Virus record (IMG/VR): IMGVR_UViG_3300028591_000004
Span: 86,781-150,780 of that record
Reading direction: 5' to 3' (one strand)
DNA from: a virus
Taxonomy: Duplodnaviria > Caudoviricetes
DNA: 64,000 bases
Shown here in pieces: positions 8,386 through 18,384 of the stretch (position 1 is the first letter of the stretch; the number at the start of each line of letters is the position of its first letter). The notes under the pieces are model-generated. The model did no database searches. It had not been told where the DNA came from and saw nothing but the letters and a program-made list of their open reading frames with translations. The position numbers and the translations under genes are program-made.

Positions 8386-8733
8386 ATGAAAAAGCGAACA
8401 TACAAACGATTACAGAATCGATTGTACAGAGAAATCAAACGAAGACTGATTCTTGAACAAATTCTTGAACGAACACGGCCTCTAAAGGCAGAAATATTCA
8501 AATCGTACCAGCAGCATATCGATACTATCAAGATCAAAAGAGATGTTCCGCTCGAGATAATTGAGAAAAACAAAGAAGCGTTAGCTTATTTTAAAGAAGA
8601 ACTTGCACAAACAATGAGCAGGCAGTTGTTAGCAGATGGTTATATATCATTTAATACCGAAGTATTAAATTACAATTCCGGCCCAATATTTGAAATTGCA
8701 GCATTATTGAACGTTATAAAACAAAAGGACTGA
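8386..8733 (+). CDS. Hypothetical protein
   Basis: RBS GGAGG then ATG at 8386. Confidence 0.6.
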   Translation: MKKRTYKRLQNRLYREIKRRLILEQILERTRPLKAEIFKSYQQHIDTIKIKRDVPLEIIEKNKEALAYFKEELAQTMSRQLLADGYISFNTEVLNYNSGPIFEIAALLNVIKQKD

Positions 8734-8956
8734 TGCAAATAAAACGTGGGCTGTATCGTAAATTAAAGAAAGGCAAATGTACAGGATGCGATCATCCTGC
8801 TTACGCGCCAAGTAAAAATGTTAATCCATACAGAGCTTGTCGAAAATGCTGGAAGGACTCAACCAAAAGAAAAGATAAATATCCAAGCTTCCTGCGCTGT
8901 GAATGACAACGCATTTTATATAGGAAGAAATTTTTTATTTCAGGAGGACTCATAAT

Positions 8957-9538
8957 ATGAATATGGGTAATTGGAATGTCAACGTTAACACAAAGGGCTT
9001 GCCTCAGAAAGTTGCTTCTGCAATGTCTTCTCTGGGTGATACCATCATGGGAGCTCAATACGAAATGATTGCTTATCTTGGTTCTCAAATCGTAAATGGA
9101 ACAAACCATGCAGTCTTGGCAAAACAGACAATCGTGACTGGCAGAGATACTGAAAACATAGTTCTGTTGATTTTTAATGAAAAGCCCAACGATCCTGAAG
9201 CCAGCCTTGTTTCTATTGAACGAGTAGTAGAAAGCGGATCTCCTATGGGAGGTACAAAGGTAGACGTACATATTAATATTCCTGCTGATGCTCAGGCTGA
9301 GTGGAATGATGCGTTTATGGGATTTGTCGGCTCCGATATTGAACCTTTCGCATTGCTTGGAACTCAGATCGTCAAGGGCGTGAACTACATCTTTGCGGCT
9401 GAAATGTCTCCTCTGACAACAGAACCAAAGAAGGAAGCTGTTCTGGTCATTGTCAATGGACTGACTAAGCGTGTTTCTTTCGTTGATATTCTCAGCAACA
9501 AACATCAATCTGGCCTTGGGTATGCCTTCACCTGGTAA
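8957..9538 (+). CDS. Tandem two-domain protein with cystatin-like QxVxG motifs
   Basis: Internal duplication: LGSQIVNGTNH and LGTQIVKGVNY; RBS AGGAGG. Confidence 0.55.
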   Translation: MNMGNWNVNVNTKGLPQKVASAMSSLGDTIMGAQYEMIAYLGSQIVNGTNHAVLAKQTIVTGRDTENIVLLIFNEKPNDPEASLVSIERVVESGSPMGGTKVDVHINIPADAQAEWNDAFMGFVGSDIEPFALLGTQIVKGVNYIFAAEMSPLTTEPKKEAVLVIVNGLTKRVSFVDILSNKHQSGLGYAFTW

Positions 9539-9543
9539 TATTT

Positions 9544-9563
9544 AGGGGCTTCGGCCCCTTTTT
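9544..9563 (+). terminator. Rho-independent terminator
   Basis: AGGGGC-TTCG-GCCCCT-TTTT. Confidence 0.75.
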
Positions 9564-9564
9564 A

Positions 9565-9682
9565 TCGCATCGTAGTTTAAAGCAAATAGGGACGCCGAAA
9601 GCTGATATATATTTCAGACGTGAGATATTGATCAGGGAAAAACACCGACGGGAAGATGAGAGTTCGAGTCTCTCCGATGCGA
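9565..9682 (+). ncRNA. tRNA-like RNA F with D-loop insertion and no anticodon arm
   Basis: TCGCATCG/CGATGCGA 8-bp acceptor; TA-GTTTAA...GGAAAAAC D-arm halves; GAGAG-TTCGAGT-CTCTC canonical T arm. Confidence 0.72.
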
Positions 9683-9706
9683 CTATTAAATCTAAGGAGA
9701 AAAATA

Positions 9707-10015
9707 ATGAAGCTAGAAGAAATTATAAAAGGATTAGAAATTGAAAAAGAATGTGTAAGCAGAGACTGCAATAGAGACTGTGCTAATTGCGATATTGTGC
9801 AAGAAAAGGATTGGCTGTTGGATGTGTATCGATCCGCAATCAATACACTTAAAGAGCAAAATAAAGCCCTGAAGTTGATGGCTTTTCAATATTGCACGAT
9901 GGGATTCGGCAATGATATTACTTTTCATAATCGTTGTATGACTGCCGGAGAACATGCTTTTAAAACGTTAGGAATTGAAAACGGACAAAAGGTACCAGAA
10001 GACTGGATTGATTAA
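9707..10015 (+). CDS. Cys-rich hypothetical protein (IIKGLE-type N-terminus)
   Basis: RBS AAGGAG; MKLEEIIKGLE..C..C..CxxC..LKEQ. Confidence 0.65.
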   Translation: MKLEEIIKGLEIEKECVSRDCNRDCANCDIVQEKDWLLDVYRSAINTLKEQNKALKLMAFQYCTMGFGNDITFHNRCMTAGEHAFKTLGIENGQKVPEDWID

Positions 10016-10026
10016 GGAGCCATGAA

Positions 10027-10341
10027 ATGAAGGTTGGAGATTACATAGGTGGTTTATATCCAACAGAAAAAGACGGAAAACGTTTCTGGCGATTATGTGA
10101 TTCGAAAATCACAAAGATAGTCCAGAACAGCCGCGGTACAAAAGTTTATTCAAAGCGATTCTATCCGTTAGAGATTGAAGAAATTGAAGATGCTACAAAA
10201 ACTATGACAGAAGCAAAAGGTTGGATTAATACAAGAGATGTAGTTGAACTAACTCCGGAACTTAGATTGAAATGTGAGCGCTGGGTTGAGTGGGCAAATA
10301 ACAACCCGGATAAAGCTGTTGGTTTGATTAACGAAGGATAG
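10027..10341 (+). CDS. Hypothetical protein
   Basis: RBS AAGGAG; operon spacing. Confidence 0.6.
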   Translation: MKVGDYIGGLYPTEKDGKRFWRLCDSKITKIVQNSRGTKVYSKRFYPLEIEEIEDATKTMTEAKGWINTRDVVELTPELRLKCERWVEWANNNPDKAVGLINEG

Positions 10342-10353
10342 GAGAGAAATTAT

Positions 10354-10968
10354 ATGAGTTGGTGGACACACATCAAGGGAGTTGTTGAAGTCGACGTTCG
10401 TGGTCGTACACAGGCCGAGATTCGATATGTACTGGAATCGGTACTTGATCATCTGCCTCGGGTTACGGGGTCAGAAGGCGATATGAATGTTTATATTACA
10501 CAGGAAGCTGGACACAACAGTTCCAGCTCTTGCGATGAATTCGGCCTCCACACCAATAACCTGAAAGATATGTATGGATATAAATCACAGGAAAATGGAT
10601 GGCTTCAAACTCAAAGCCAATATATGTTGACGGTGGAAGGTGACTTACGTGATCGTGAATTCGAACAGACCAAACGTGAGTTCATGAAATGGTTATGCCG
10701 ACTGGCTAAAAGAATACGCATAGACGCTATTGTTATGAAGCTGTGGGCATACGACCAATCTATTGTGATTTCCGACGCCTCACCGTACGACAATATGTAT
10801 GAATGGCAAGATGGAGAGAAGCGGTGGACGGATTATTTAATGTGGGAACGAGATCCCATTAGCTACTGGCCTTTAAAACTGGCTGACAAATATTTCGATG
10901 ACAGATATATCAAACAAGAATTAAAACGACGCATTGATTGGAATGAAAGCTGTACAGGAGAAGAATGA
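10354..10968 (+). CDS. Hypothetical phage protein
   Basis: 204-aa ORF with RBS AGGAG. Confidence 0.7.
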   Translation: MSWWTHIKGVVEVDVRGRTQAEIRYVLESVLDHLPRVTGSEGDMNVYITQEAGHNSSSSCDEFGLHTNNLKDMYGYKSQENGWLQTQSQYMLTVEGDLRDREFEQTKREFMKWLCRLAKRIRIDAIVMKLWAYDQSIVISDASPYDNMYEWQDGEKRWTDYLMWERDPISYWPLKLADKYFDDRYIKQELKRRIDWNESCTGEE

Positions 10969-10971
10969 TGC

Positions 10972-11205
10972 ATGAATGAAGCAGGATATCGCCGCCGTCA
11001 TGAAAGAGTAGAACGCAAATGGAAGAGGTTGAAACCTAAAGCAAAACATTGTCCAAACTGCCGTTGCCATTCTATTGGATTAAATGATTTTTATTTTCGT
11101 AAATTTAAAAGATTCTTTCTTGAATGTGAAAATTGTCATTGGTGTGGGAAAAGTTATCCAACAATTAGAATGGCAATAAGAAGCTGGAATAAGGAGAGAG
11201 CATGA
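10972..11205 (+). CDS. Lar-like Zn-ribbon protein
   Basis: HCPNC..ECENC..AIRSWNK. Confidence 0.55.
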   Translation: MNEAGYRRRHERVERKWKRLKPKAKHCPNCRCHSIGLNDFYFRKFKRFFLECENCHWCGKSYPTIRMAIRSWNKERA

Positions 11206-11588
11206 TTGAATACACGTTAAAATTAAACAGTCAACAGGTTGCCAATATTCTTAAGGCGATTGACTTGTTGATGCGAATCAAAATAAATCAACCCGAAGAA
11301 ATCAGCCGGGATCTTCTGGAGGGAATGTATGACCGCATCGGTGTTGATGAGGTTTGCAGGCGTCGTGATAAAGCAAATGAATATCTCCGTTTGGCTTTTC
11401 TGGAAATCTTTCCGTCCTGGGATGAGGTAAACAAAGACGATGAATGGTATAGCCTTTACAACATATTACAGGCATTGAGATACCAACGACATCTGGCAGA
11501 ATTTCCAAATAGTAAAGGCGTTGATGCTTATCCTCCGATGCAATTTGGAGGGGAGCCAATTCCTGAATGTACATGGGAGGACAAATAA
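11202..11588 (+). CDS. Hypothetical protein
   Basis: ATGA overlap, RBS AAGGAG. Confidence 0.65.
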   Translation: MIEYTLKLNSQQVANILKAIDLLMRIKINQPEEISRDLLEGMYDRIGVDEVCRRRDKANEYLRLAFLEIFPSWDEVNKDDEWYSLYNILQALRYQRHLAEFPNSKGVDAYPPMQFGGEPIPECTWEDK

Positions 11589-11589
11589 T

Positions 11590-11778
11590 ATGACGTGGGA
11601 AGAGCATAAAAAGAAGACAACCCCTCTTGAATATATTGGACTCAAGGAAACCGACATTGAATGCCCTAACTGTGGCAAGAAAATTTACAAGCGCACTGAT
11701 ATAGTTCTGACTTCGTATCCTCCGACTTATAGGTACGAATGTAAATCTTGTGACTGGTATGGATTTGCAAACACTTAA
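11590..11778 (+). CDS. Zn-ribbon protein
   Basis: ECPNCG..YECKSC; RBS GGAGG. Confidence 0.6.
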   Translation: MTWEEHKKKTTPLEYIGLKETDIECPNCGKKIYKRTDIVLTSYPPTYRYECKSCDWYGFANT

Positions 11779-12137
11779 AGGAGAGCAAAATGACGAATTT
11801 TGAATATTTTTGTAACGGTGATACTGAAGCCGAAGTAATGGAGCAAGAATGGCGTGAGCAACAAAGGCAGAGAGAATACGCCGCTCAAGTGGAATACGAA
11901 CGGCAGATGATGGAAGCTTACGACGCCTATTGCGCACAAGAGGAATATTATGACCAAGAGTGATTTGGATTGGTTCTGGAAAGACCCACACAACTACGAA
12001 ACTGATTATATCGTAGGGACGATCACAGATAATGATCTTATTCAAACAAATGCGTTGGTTGAAATTGCGAAATGTCTCCATGGAATCATGCAACAGCTCG
12101 CAGAAATGAATCGTTATTTACCGCCGGAAGAGTAATC

Positions 12138-12398
12138 ATGAAGGAAAGACTCTTAGATAAGCTTAAACGCGAATTCCGTGAATGGAGAATTCGGCAGCTG
12201 AATCGCATTATCCAGAAAGCCGTAGAGAAGAAAGATGATTTAAGCTATCAAACGTTCATGATTTACACATGGGCACTGGACGAAACAACAGACTATCACC
12301 TGATTGCTGAGAGAAGCTATCCGGATCATAGGATCTACGGAATGGAAACAACATGGTATAAGGAGAAACAAGATGACAGGAATCCTGATGTCAATTAA
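12138..12398 (+). CDS. Hypothetical protein
   Basis: Operon spacing; ATG at 12138. Confidence 0.5.
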   Translation: MKERLLDKLKREFREWRIRQLNRIIQKAVEKKDDLSYQTFMIYTWALDETTDYHLIAERSYPDHRIYGMETTWYKEKQDDRNPDVN

Positions 12399-12825
12399 GC
12401 CTGAATGGTGCAAGAAAATCATTACGGGTGAAAAGACTATTGAGGTGCGGAAAACCAAGCCGGAACAGATACGTTTACCATTCCCTGTATATGTCTATGC
12501 AACCTTCGGTGGTGAAAATTGGTTTCGCTTTGGAGAGCATATGTCTGGACATGTGATTGGTCGGTTTATATGCGATGATATCAAATATTATTCCATCCCG
12601 TATCCGGCATGGAACACGGAAACAGATCCGGAACTGATCGAGAAGTCATGCGTGAACTATACCAGGCTTCATAACTATGCTGAACCGCAGGGATGTGTAT
12701 ACGGCTGGCATATAAAAGATTTTGAATTGTATGATCAGCCGTTGCCGGTTGGTTTTTTCCTGGATAGCAAAGGGATGAACTTCAAACGTGCCCCGCAGTC
12801 ATGGGGGTATGCAATCAAATGTTAA
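12373..12825 (+). CDS. ASCH/PUA-domain protein
   Basis: LMSIKPEWCKKIITGEKTIEVRK, VIGRF, YGWHI, RAPQSW. Confidence 0.85.
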   Translation: MTGILMSIKPEWCKKIITGEKTIEVRKTKPEQIRLPFPVYVYATFGGENWFRFGEHMSGHVIGRFICDDIKYYSIPYPAWNTETDPELIEKSCVNYTRLHNYAEPQGCVYGWHIKDFELYDQPLPVGFFLDSKGMNFKRAPQSWGYAIKC

Positions 12826-12961
12826 GCACAAAAATATTAAAAGCATATTACCATGTAAGATTAATTGTTTTGAATATGGAGTTGTGGTTCTTAAGAGGCT
12901 TGCGCAAAGTCATTAGAAAGATAATCAATCTTACTGAACGATATTGTCAAAGGAGAAAGAA

Positions 12962-13339
12962 ATGCCAAATTACGTGATTGATCCTCAGGTTTTTTATTGG
13001 ATGAATGTTTTTGGAATTTTACAGACAGTTTTAGCAGTATTTGGCGGAGCATGTGTAATAGCATTCTTCGGCTTAGCGAGCGGATGGGTATACAATTCGT
13101 GCGAAGTCAAAAAAGGTTACGATAGCAATTTGTTTTACCTGAAAGCATGTAAAAGATGGGCCATTGTAACAGGAATAATCGGTTTTGTTCTTGTCACAGC
13201 GGCGATTTTTATTCCCGGAAGAACAACGAGTATTGAAATGATGATCGCGAAGGCTGCTACGTTTGATAACGTTAATTGGACAGTTCAGCAAGTTAAAGAA
13301 GTCGTAGATTATATTGTTCAGGCGATTAAAGGCATATAG
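12962..13339 (+). CDS. Two-TM membrane protein
   Basis: Two hydrophobic segments; RBS AAGGAG. Confidence 0.65.
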   Translation: MPNYVIDPQVFYWMNVFGILQTVLAVFGGACVIAFFGLASGWVYNSCEVKKGYDSNLFYLKACKRWAIVTGIIGFVLVTAAIFIPGRTTSIEMMIAKAATFDNVNWTVQQVKEVVDYIVQAIKGI

Positions 13340-13845
13340 TGAAAAGAGGACGATTTAATGGTTATGTTTGTAATCGGATTGTTGATTGGTGTAGTAGTTA
13401 CTGTTTTCACTATAGCTGTAACAACAGCGAACAACGATAGAAAACAATAACCGATAAAGGAGAAAAAATGCGAGACGAATGTCATGATGAAACAGGCATG
13501 ATTATCAAACCGTTTGAAAAATGCGAGCGGTGTTCAGATTTTCCATGCAGAGAGTTGTGCAGAGCGTTGCAAGCTATTATCGACGGGGAAAACTAACTTT
13601 AATAACACTAAATAACACCTTAAATACGGAGGTTAAACTATATGTCTAACAAGAAATTTCCAAGAGATTGCCCACATGATTGCCCACATTTTCATGCGTG
13701 GGATATGTCGGTCGATGATTGGACTTGTGTATGCGATTTGTTGCAAGTACAAATTGATGAATGCGACGAGGATTTCAAGTTTATGTATTGTCCACAAAAT
13801 AGCGAAACTTAAATAACACTTTAACTGATGTGGAAGGAAATTTAG

Positions 13846-14331
13846 ATGAAGGGCTTAATTATGATTGGCTATCAGGGAATCGGAAAGAGTTCTTGTGCCG
13901 GGAAAGAAAACTGCATCGATCTGGAAAGTGGAAGTTTCTGGATTGGAGATCATCGTGCAGAAGACTGGTATATCCCGTATTGCAATATTGCTTTGCACCT
14001 TGCTGATCAAGGATACACAGTGTTTACCAGCTCGCACAAAGTTGTTGTTGACTACCTGAAATCTGTTCCTTTGATGGAGAATATCGGGAAAGTTGTTGTG
14101 TTCTGTCCAGAAGGTAGATTCAAGAAAGAATGGATTGCCAGATTACAGGAACGGTACGACCGAACCGGATTAAATAAGGACTACAAAGCCTTGATGAATG
14201 CGAAAGACAGATTCACTGAAGATATCCATAATCTTGTGAATTGTGGGCTTCCTGTTTATCAACCGGGATGGTATGCGGATTATGATTTAATGGACTATGT
14301 TCATAAGGCAAGATATGACTGGTGTTATTAA
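13846..14331 (+). CDS. P-loop nucleotide-kinase-like protein
   Basis: IGYQGIGKSS Walker A; IDLES. Confidence 0.7.
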   Translation: MKGLIMIGYQGIGKSSCAGKENCIDLESGSFWIGDHRAEDWYIPYCNIALHLADQGYTVFTSSHKVVVDYLKSVPLMENIGKVVVFCPEGRFKKEWIARLQERYDRTGLNKDYKALMNAKDRFTEDIHNLVNCGLPVYQPGWYADYDLMDYVHKARYDWCY

Positions 14332-14972
14332 ACTGCAATCAGATTCAACAGAAAGGAACAACACATTATCAATGCTTAAGACCTTATGTAATGATTGTCA
14401 GTACCGAAAAGGAATCGAATGCACGGCTGGTTTTTGCTGTCCATATGATATAAGTTATTATCAAAATAAGCAGATGCTATACAACCGAAAAGAAAAAATA
14501 AACATATGGAACAACACAAATGGTAAAGCAAATCAATATTTTGTTTGTAAAGGCGAACGAGTTTTGTTTTGGATTCCAAATTGGATTGGTCGAATCTTAA
14601 AAAAATAAAATAATTGGAGGATTAACATGAAAACTTTATATGAATTTGAAACTGCGTTCCAGGAACTAATGGATACTGCTTTAAACATACTTTCTCCCAG
14701 CCAATTCGAACAGCTTAAAGATTCTGTCTCTATGATTCTCAACGATTATGAAGAATGAGATTGTTAAGATGGAAGAGCTTACGATTTCATTTGATAAGTT
14801 AATACATCCAGATTTGGAAGCCATAAAAAAGCGAGATGCTTTTCTGTCAGATGAACATATGGATGAAATAGACAAGCTTTTATTGGATAATATCCAAGAG
14901 ACAACAAGCCAAAAATAATGATATATATTTAACTTACATGATGACAATATTAATGTTTAGGGAGATCTGAAT

Positions 14973-15266
14973 TTGTCAAAAATCAAAAAAGCATCTCTTT
15001 TAATTGCGTTCATTGTTTTTTCTATTGTTTTATCGGGATGTGTTAAAACAACAGATTATAAAGGCATAGAACGTACAGTTGAATACGGGCTGGTTGAAAT
15101 CGAATCTGTAAGTGGAGATGGTCAGTTTACAGTATGCTATGACCCCACCACAATGGTTTGCTATATGAAAATATCGAGACTTTATGGAATAGGAATAAGT
15201 CCATATTACATCATTGGAGAAGATGGAAAACCGGAAATCGCTATATACGGAGTGAATTATCGATGA
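14973..15266 (+). CDS. Lipoprotein
   Basis: Basic N-terminus, hydrophobic stretch, LSGC lipobox. Confidence 0.65.
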   Translation: MSKIKKASLLIAFIVFSIVLSGCVKTTDYKGIERTVEYGLVEIESVSGDGQFTVCYDPTTMVCYMKISRLYGIGISPYYIIGEDGKPEIAIYGVNYR

Positions 15267-15475
15267 ACAAAAATCAAAGACGCAACGAGCTTATTGCAAG
15301 ACTTGCAGTTCTTATAGCTGATACAGAATGGTCTGAGATTGTAGATCTGTCACCAGAAGATGCTCGGGATATTTTTGAATTGTTGAAAGAACAAGCTGAA
15401 GCCGTTCGGTGCGAAAGCTGCAAATTGTCGGGAAGCTAATTTTGTGACTGACGGAATAAGTCGTGGAGTTTAAGT

Positions 15476-15721
15476 ATGACAAAGGAATATATTGTTGAAG
15501 TTTGTAACGATCTGGTGATAAATGCTTTTGACCGTTTTGAAAACGACTGGTCACCAGATGAATTGATTCGGTGTAAAGATTGTAAATACGGAACACCTAT
15601 TATGAAATATGGTGCAATACCACTTATTTTATGTCGAGGAACAGATCATGACTTGAATTGGTTTTGCGCCGACGGAAAACGCAAAGAAGCAGAGCCCGGG
15701 AAGGAAGCACAGCCAGAATGA
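15476..15721 (+). CDS. RCKDCKY...WFCADG family Cys protein
   Basis: Shares its C-terminal module with 21267-21566. Confidence 0.65.
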   Translation: MTKEYIVEVCNDLVINAFDRFENDWSPDELIRCKDCKYGTPIMKYGAIPLILCRGTDHDLNWFCADGKRKEAEPGKEAQPE

Positions 15722-15939
15722 GCAATTTGGAACATTTAGTTGAAAACGGATTGTGTCTTCTCAGCGAAGGAAAATCCTACAAAGAATGGCGCGATATAAT
15801 GCAGGACGACTGCAATTGGGAAAACAATGAAAATATAACCCTCGATAATCTTTGGGAAATTTGTCAATACGTCATATTTGTATGGGATGTATATAAATAG
15901 ACTATAGGTTTTAAAAAAGTAAAAGGGAACGTATCTTAA

Positions 15940-16107
15940 TTGATGCCGTGACGGAATAGGTAGACGGGTTAGCGGGAGATAGCCAGCTGGGCAGAAGTAG
16001 CGCTACTGTTCGAAGATAAGGGGCAAGCTCGGAAGAATGAGAAGCCCATGCGACCCGACATCTTGCTAAAGGCTATCATGAAAGGTGCAAATCCTTTCCG
16101 GCATCAA
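15940..16107 (+). ncRNA. Anticodon-less tRNA-like RNA, copy B
   Basis: TTGATGCCG/CGGCATCAA acceptor; TGACGGAATAGGTAGACG; GAAAGG-TGCAAAT-CCTTTC T arm (compensatory changes vs copy A). Confidence 0.82.
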
Positions 16108-16128
16108 ACTTAAATAACACATTAATTA

Positions 16129-16266
16129 ATGCGGTGACGGAAAAGGTAGACGTAACTATTGGGAAGATGTGCCCACGACAGCAGAGAAGCGTAATGCGGT
16201 GAAGTATGACCCCGTTCGGTAAACGACAAAAGGCGCATCATGTGAGGTGCAAATCCTCACCCGTAT
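16129..16266 (+). ncRNA. Anticodon-less tRNA-like RNA, copy C
   Basis: ATGCGG/CCGTAT; ACG-GAAAAGGTAGA-CGT D arm; GATGTGCC/GGCGCATC cargo stem; GTGAGG-TGCAAAT-CCTCAC. Confidence 0.8.
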
Positions 16267-16677
16267 AATATTACTTTAAATAGGAGTTTTCCATGGAAAC
16301 ATTAGCAATCATTCAAACCGTTTGTCTTGTGTGGATAGCCGCTGCGACAGTTATAACTGCTGTTAATTCGTTTTTTAAATAGCATATTGTAAGTTATGGT
16401 TGTTGCGACAGATGGGGAACGGGCAACGTAATTGGTGGGCGTCCATAACTTAAATAACACCTTAATCGGAGGAAAAAATGACAGTAGAAGAATTGATCTC
16501 GGCATTGATAGATATGCCAAAGAACGCAAAGGTGATTGTTGTTGAACCCTTTCTGCAAGGAGTAAATATTAAGAACGTTAAGAACGTAGCTATCAACGAT
16601 AATGAGCTCGGTAAAGGAAAAGTAAAAATATACACAGTTTAAATAACACTTTAAGCAATAAAATAAACGAGGAAAAA

Positions 16678-16920
16678 ATGACTGAGAAAACTAATAACGG
16701 ATGGAATAAATTCAAATGCTGGTTGTTTGGACATAAACTTACATGCTGTGGAGATATTTTAAAAAGATGCTCTACGTGCCACGAAAAAGGACGTGTCTAT
16801 CCAGACGCTTGTAATTCATGTAATCGACGAGCAGGATGCAAAGACGGAACCGATTTGTCCACTCGTAATTGCGGTATGAAAAAGTCTTATTTTGAAGCAG
16901 GAGGTTCACATGCCATGTAA
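16678..16920 (+). CDS. Cys-rich hypothetical protein
   Basis: CWLFGHK motif, several CxxC. Confidence 0.55.
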   Translation: MTEKTNNGWNKFKCWLFGHKLTCCGDILKRCSTCHEKGRVYPDACNSCNRRAGCKDGTDLSTRNCGMKKSYFEAGGSHAM

Positions 16921-17053
16921 AAGATGTGGATACGCAAAATATCGAATGATTCACTATAAAAATGGACATAGATGCTCATGTGTCAAATGCGGATATTGCA
17001 CTAAACTCAAAGAAACTCCTGAACTTGCTATTGAAGCGTGGAATCAAAGATGA
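16910..17053 (+). CDS. Small Lar-like Zn-ribbon protein (not in ORF track)
   Basis: RBS AGGAGG; MPCKRCG..CVKCG..AIEAWNQR. Confidence 0.6.
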   Translation: MPCKRCGYAKYRMIHYKNGHRCSCVKCGYCTKLKETPELAIEAWNQR

Positions 17054-17072
17054 TTTAAATAGGAGTGTTTAA

Positions 17073-17279
17073 ATGACTTTTAGACCTATCGCAAAAATCG
17101 TACAGAAATCTGACGAAGATGGATGGCATTGTAGTGATGTAATAGAATATCGTTGCCCGATATGTTATAAGATACTCAAAGGATACAAGAAACAAGATGG
17201 GTGTATAGATTGCAACATCTTCTTTAATTGGGGAGATCACGAACCAAAGATTGTTGTAACTAAAAATATAAGTTGGTAA
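17073..17279 (+). CDS. Zn-ribbon protein
   Basis: YRCPIC..GCIDC; RBS AGGAG. Confidence 0.6.
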   Translation: MTFRPIAKIVQKSDEDGWHCSDVIEYRCPICYKILKGYKKQDGCIDCNIFFNWGDHEPKIVVTKNISW

Positions 17280-17505
17280 ACTAACACATTCATTAAGAAC
17301 AAAAGGTGGATAAGATGAGCATAACACTTATCAGTTTAATAATTAGTTCTGGGGTTATCATCGTTAGTATTATCCTCTGTCGCATTGCGTCAGAGCTTCG
17401 GTCTATTGCGTATCACTTGGAGCAACTGGATCGGAAGCACTCTAAAGAGTACAAAATATGAAATTACTTAAATAACACTTTATTACGCAAAAGAGGAGTT
17501 TTATC

Positions 17506-17712
17506 ATGGAAACAAAGGACAAGCCAAACAAAGTGACTGCGACTTTGAAGATTGTTATCACGGGCGAGTTTTACGACGATGAAGCTTCAGAGGAAACCTT
17601 GCGATATTGCGCAGAACAAGCTCTCGAAGATGCCGGATTCGATGTTGAAGTATCTGTAATGCGTAATAATCGAATCCCGTTTTCAGCAAATAGCAATGTT
17701 CAATGGACATAA
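17506..17712 (+). CDS. Hypothetical protein
   Basis: RBS GAGGAG; bounded by boundary motifs on both sides. Confidence 0.6.
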   Translation: METKDKPNKVTATLKIVITGEFYDDEASEETLRYCAEQALEDAGFDVEVSVMRNNRIPFSANSNVQWT

Positions 17713-17929
17713 CTTAAATAGGAGCTTTACGATGTTTAAAAAACTGATTGCCAAATGGAAATACAGACGATTCTGCCGAATGAATCGTTGCCCTGATTGT
17801 ATCTATCACGACTTCGTATTCGAAGGATGCGTTTTCCGTGGTAATCGTTGTCGTCATCCTGCGGCGAAACTGTGAATTAAATAACGCCTTGATACACATT
17901 GGAGCACATTGATGTGGGAGGTAGAGAGC

Positions 17930-18139
17930 ATGGACAATTTGAAGCCGTGCCCGTTTTGTGGACATAGAAAGCCCGTCCTGATAACACGCGGAAGGCTGGA
18001 CGGATGGCGTGATTATTTCTATGTCCTCTGTGATTATAATGACGGTGGATGTGGAGCAAGTGGCCAATGGTGCCATTACCCAGACGAAGCCGTCGAAGCA
18101 TGGAATAAAAGAACGTTAACAGACGCTGATACGCAATAA
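17930..18139 (+). CDS. Lar-family restriction-alleviation-like protein
   Basis: LKPCPFCG..V.C..GCGA..EAVEAWNKR. Confidence 0.75.
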   Translation: MDNLKPCPFCGHRKPVLITRGRLDGWRDYFYVLCDYNDGGCGASGQWCHYPDEAVEAWNKRTLTDADTQ

Positions 18140-18174
18140 AAAAGAGGCTAACACTTTAAGAACGGAGGAATAAA

Positions 18175-18384
18175 ATGTCTTTTGCAGATGCTGTTTTAAC
18201 CATGAAACAGGGAAAGAGAGTTCGTATGCCGTGGTGGGGAGGATATTGGTACATCGCAGACGGCACACTCAGAATACATGATATTAACGACAACGACATT
18301 AACGCATTTAGCGAAGAAAACAGAGAACCGCTTTACACTTTGTTGTTTATGACTGCAAACTGCTGGGAATTAGTTCCAGATTAA
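18175..18384 (+). CDS. DUF2829 / Tad2-like protein
   Basis: MSF..A...MKQGKRVR...W N-terminus and A..WE.V C-terminus. Confidence 0.6.
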   Translation: MSFADAVLTMKQGKRVRMPWWGGYWYIADGTLRIHDINDNDINAFSEENREPLYTLLFMTANCWELVPD

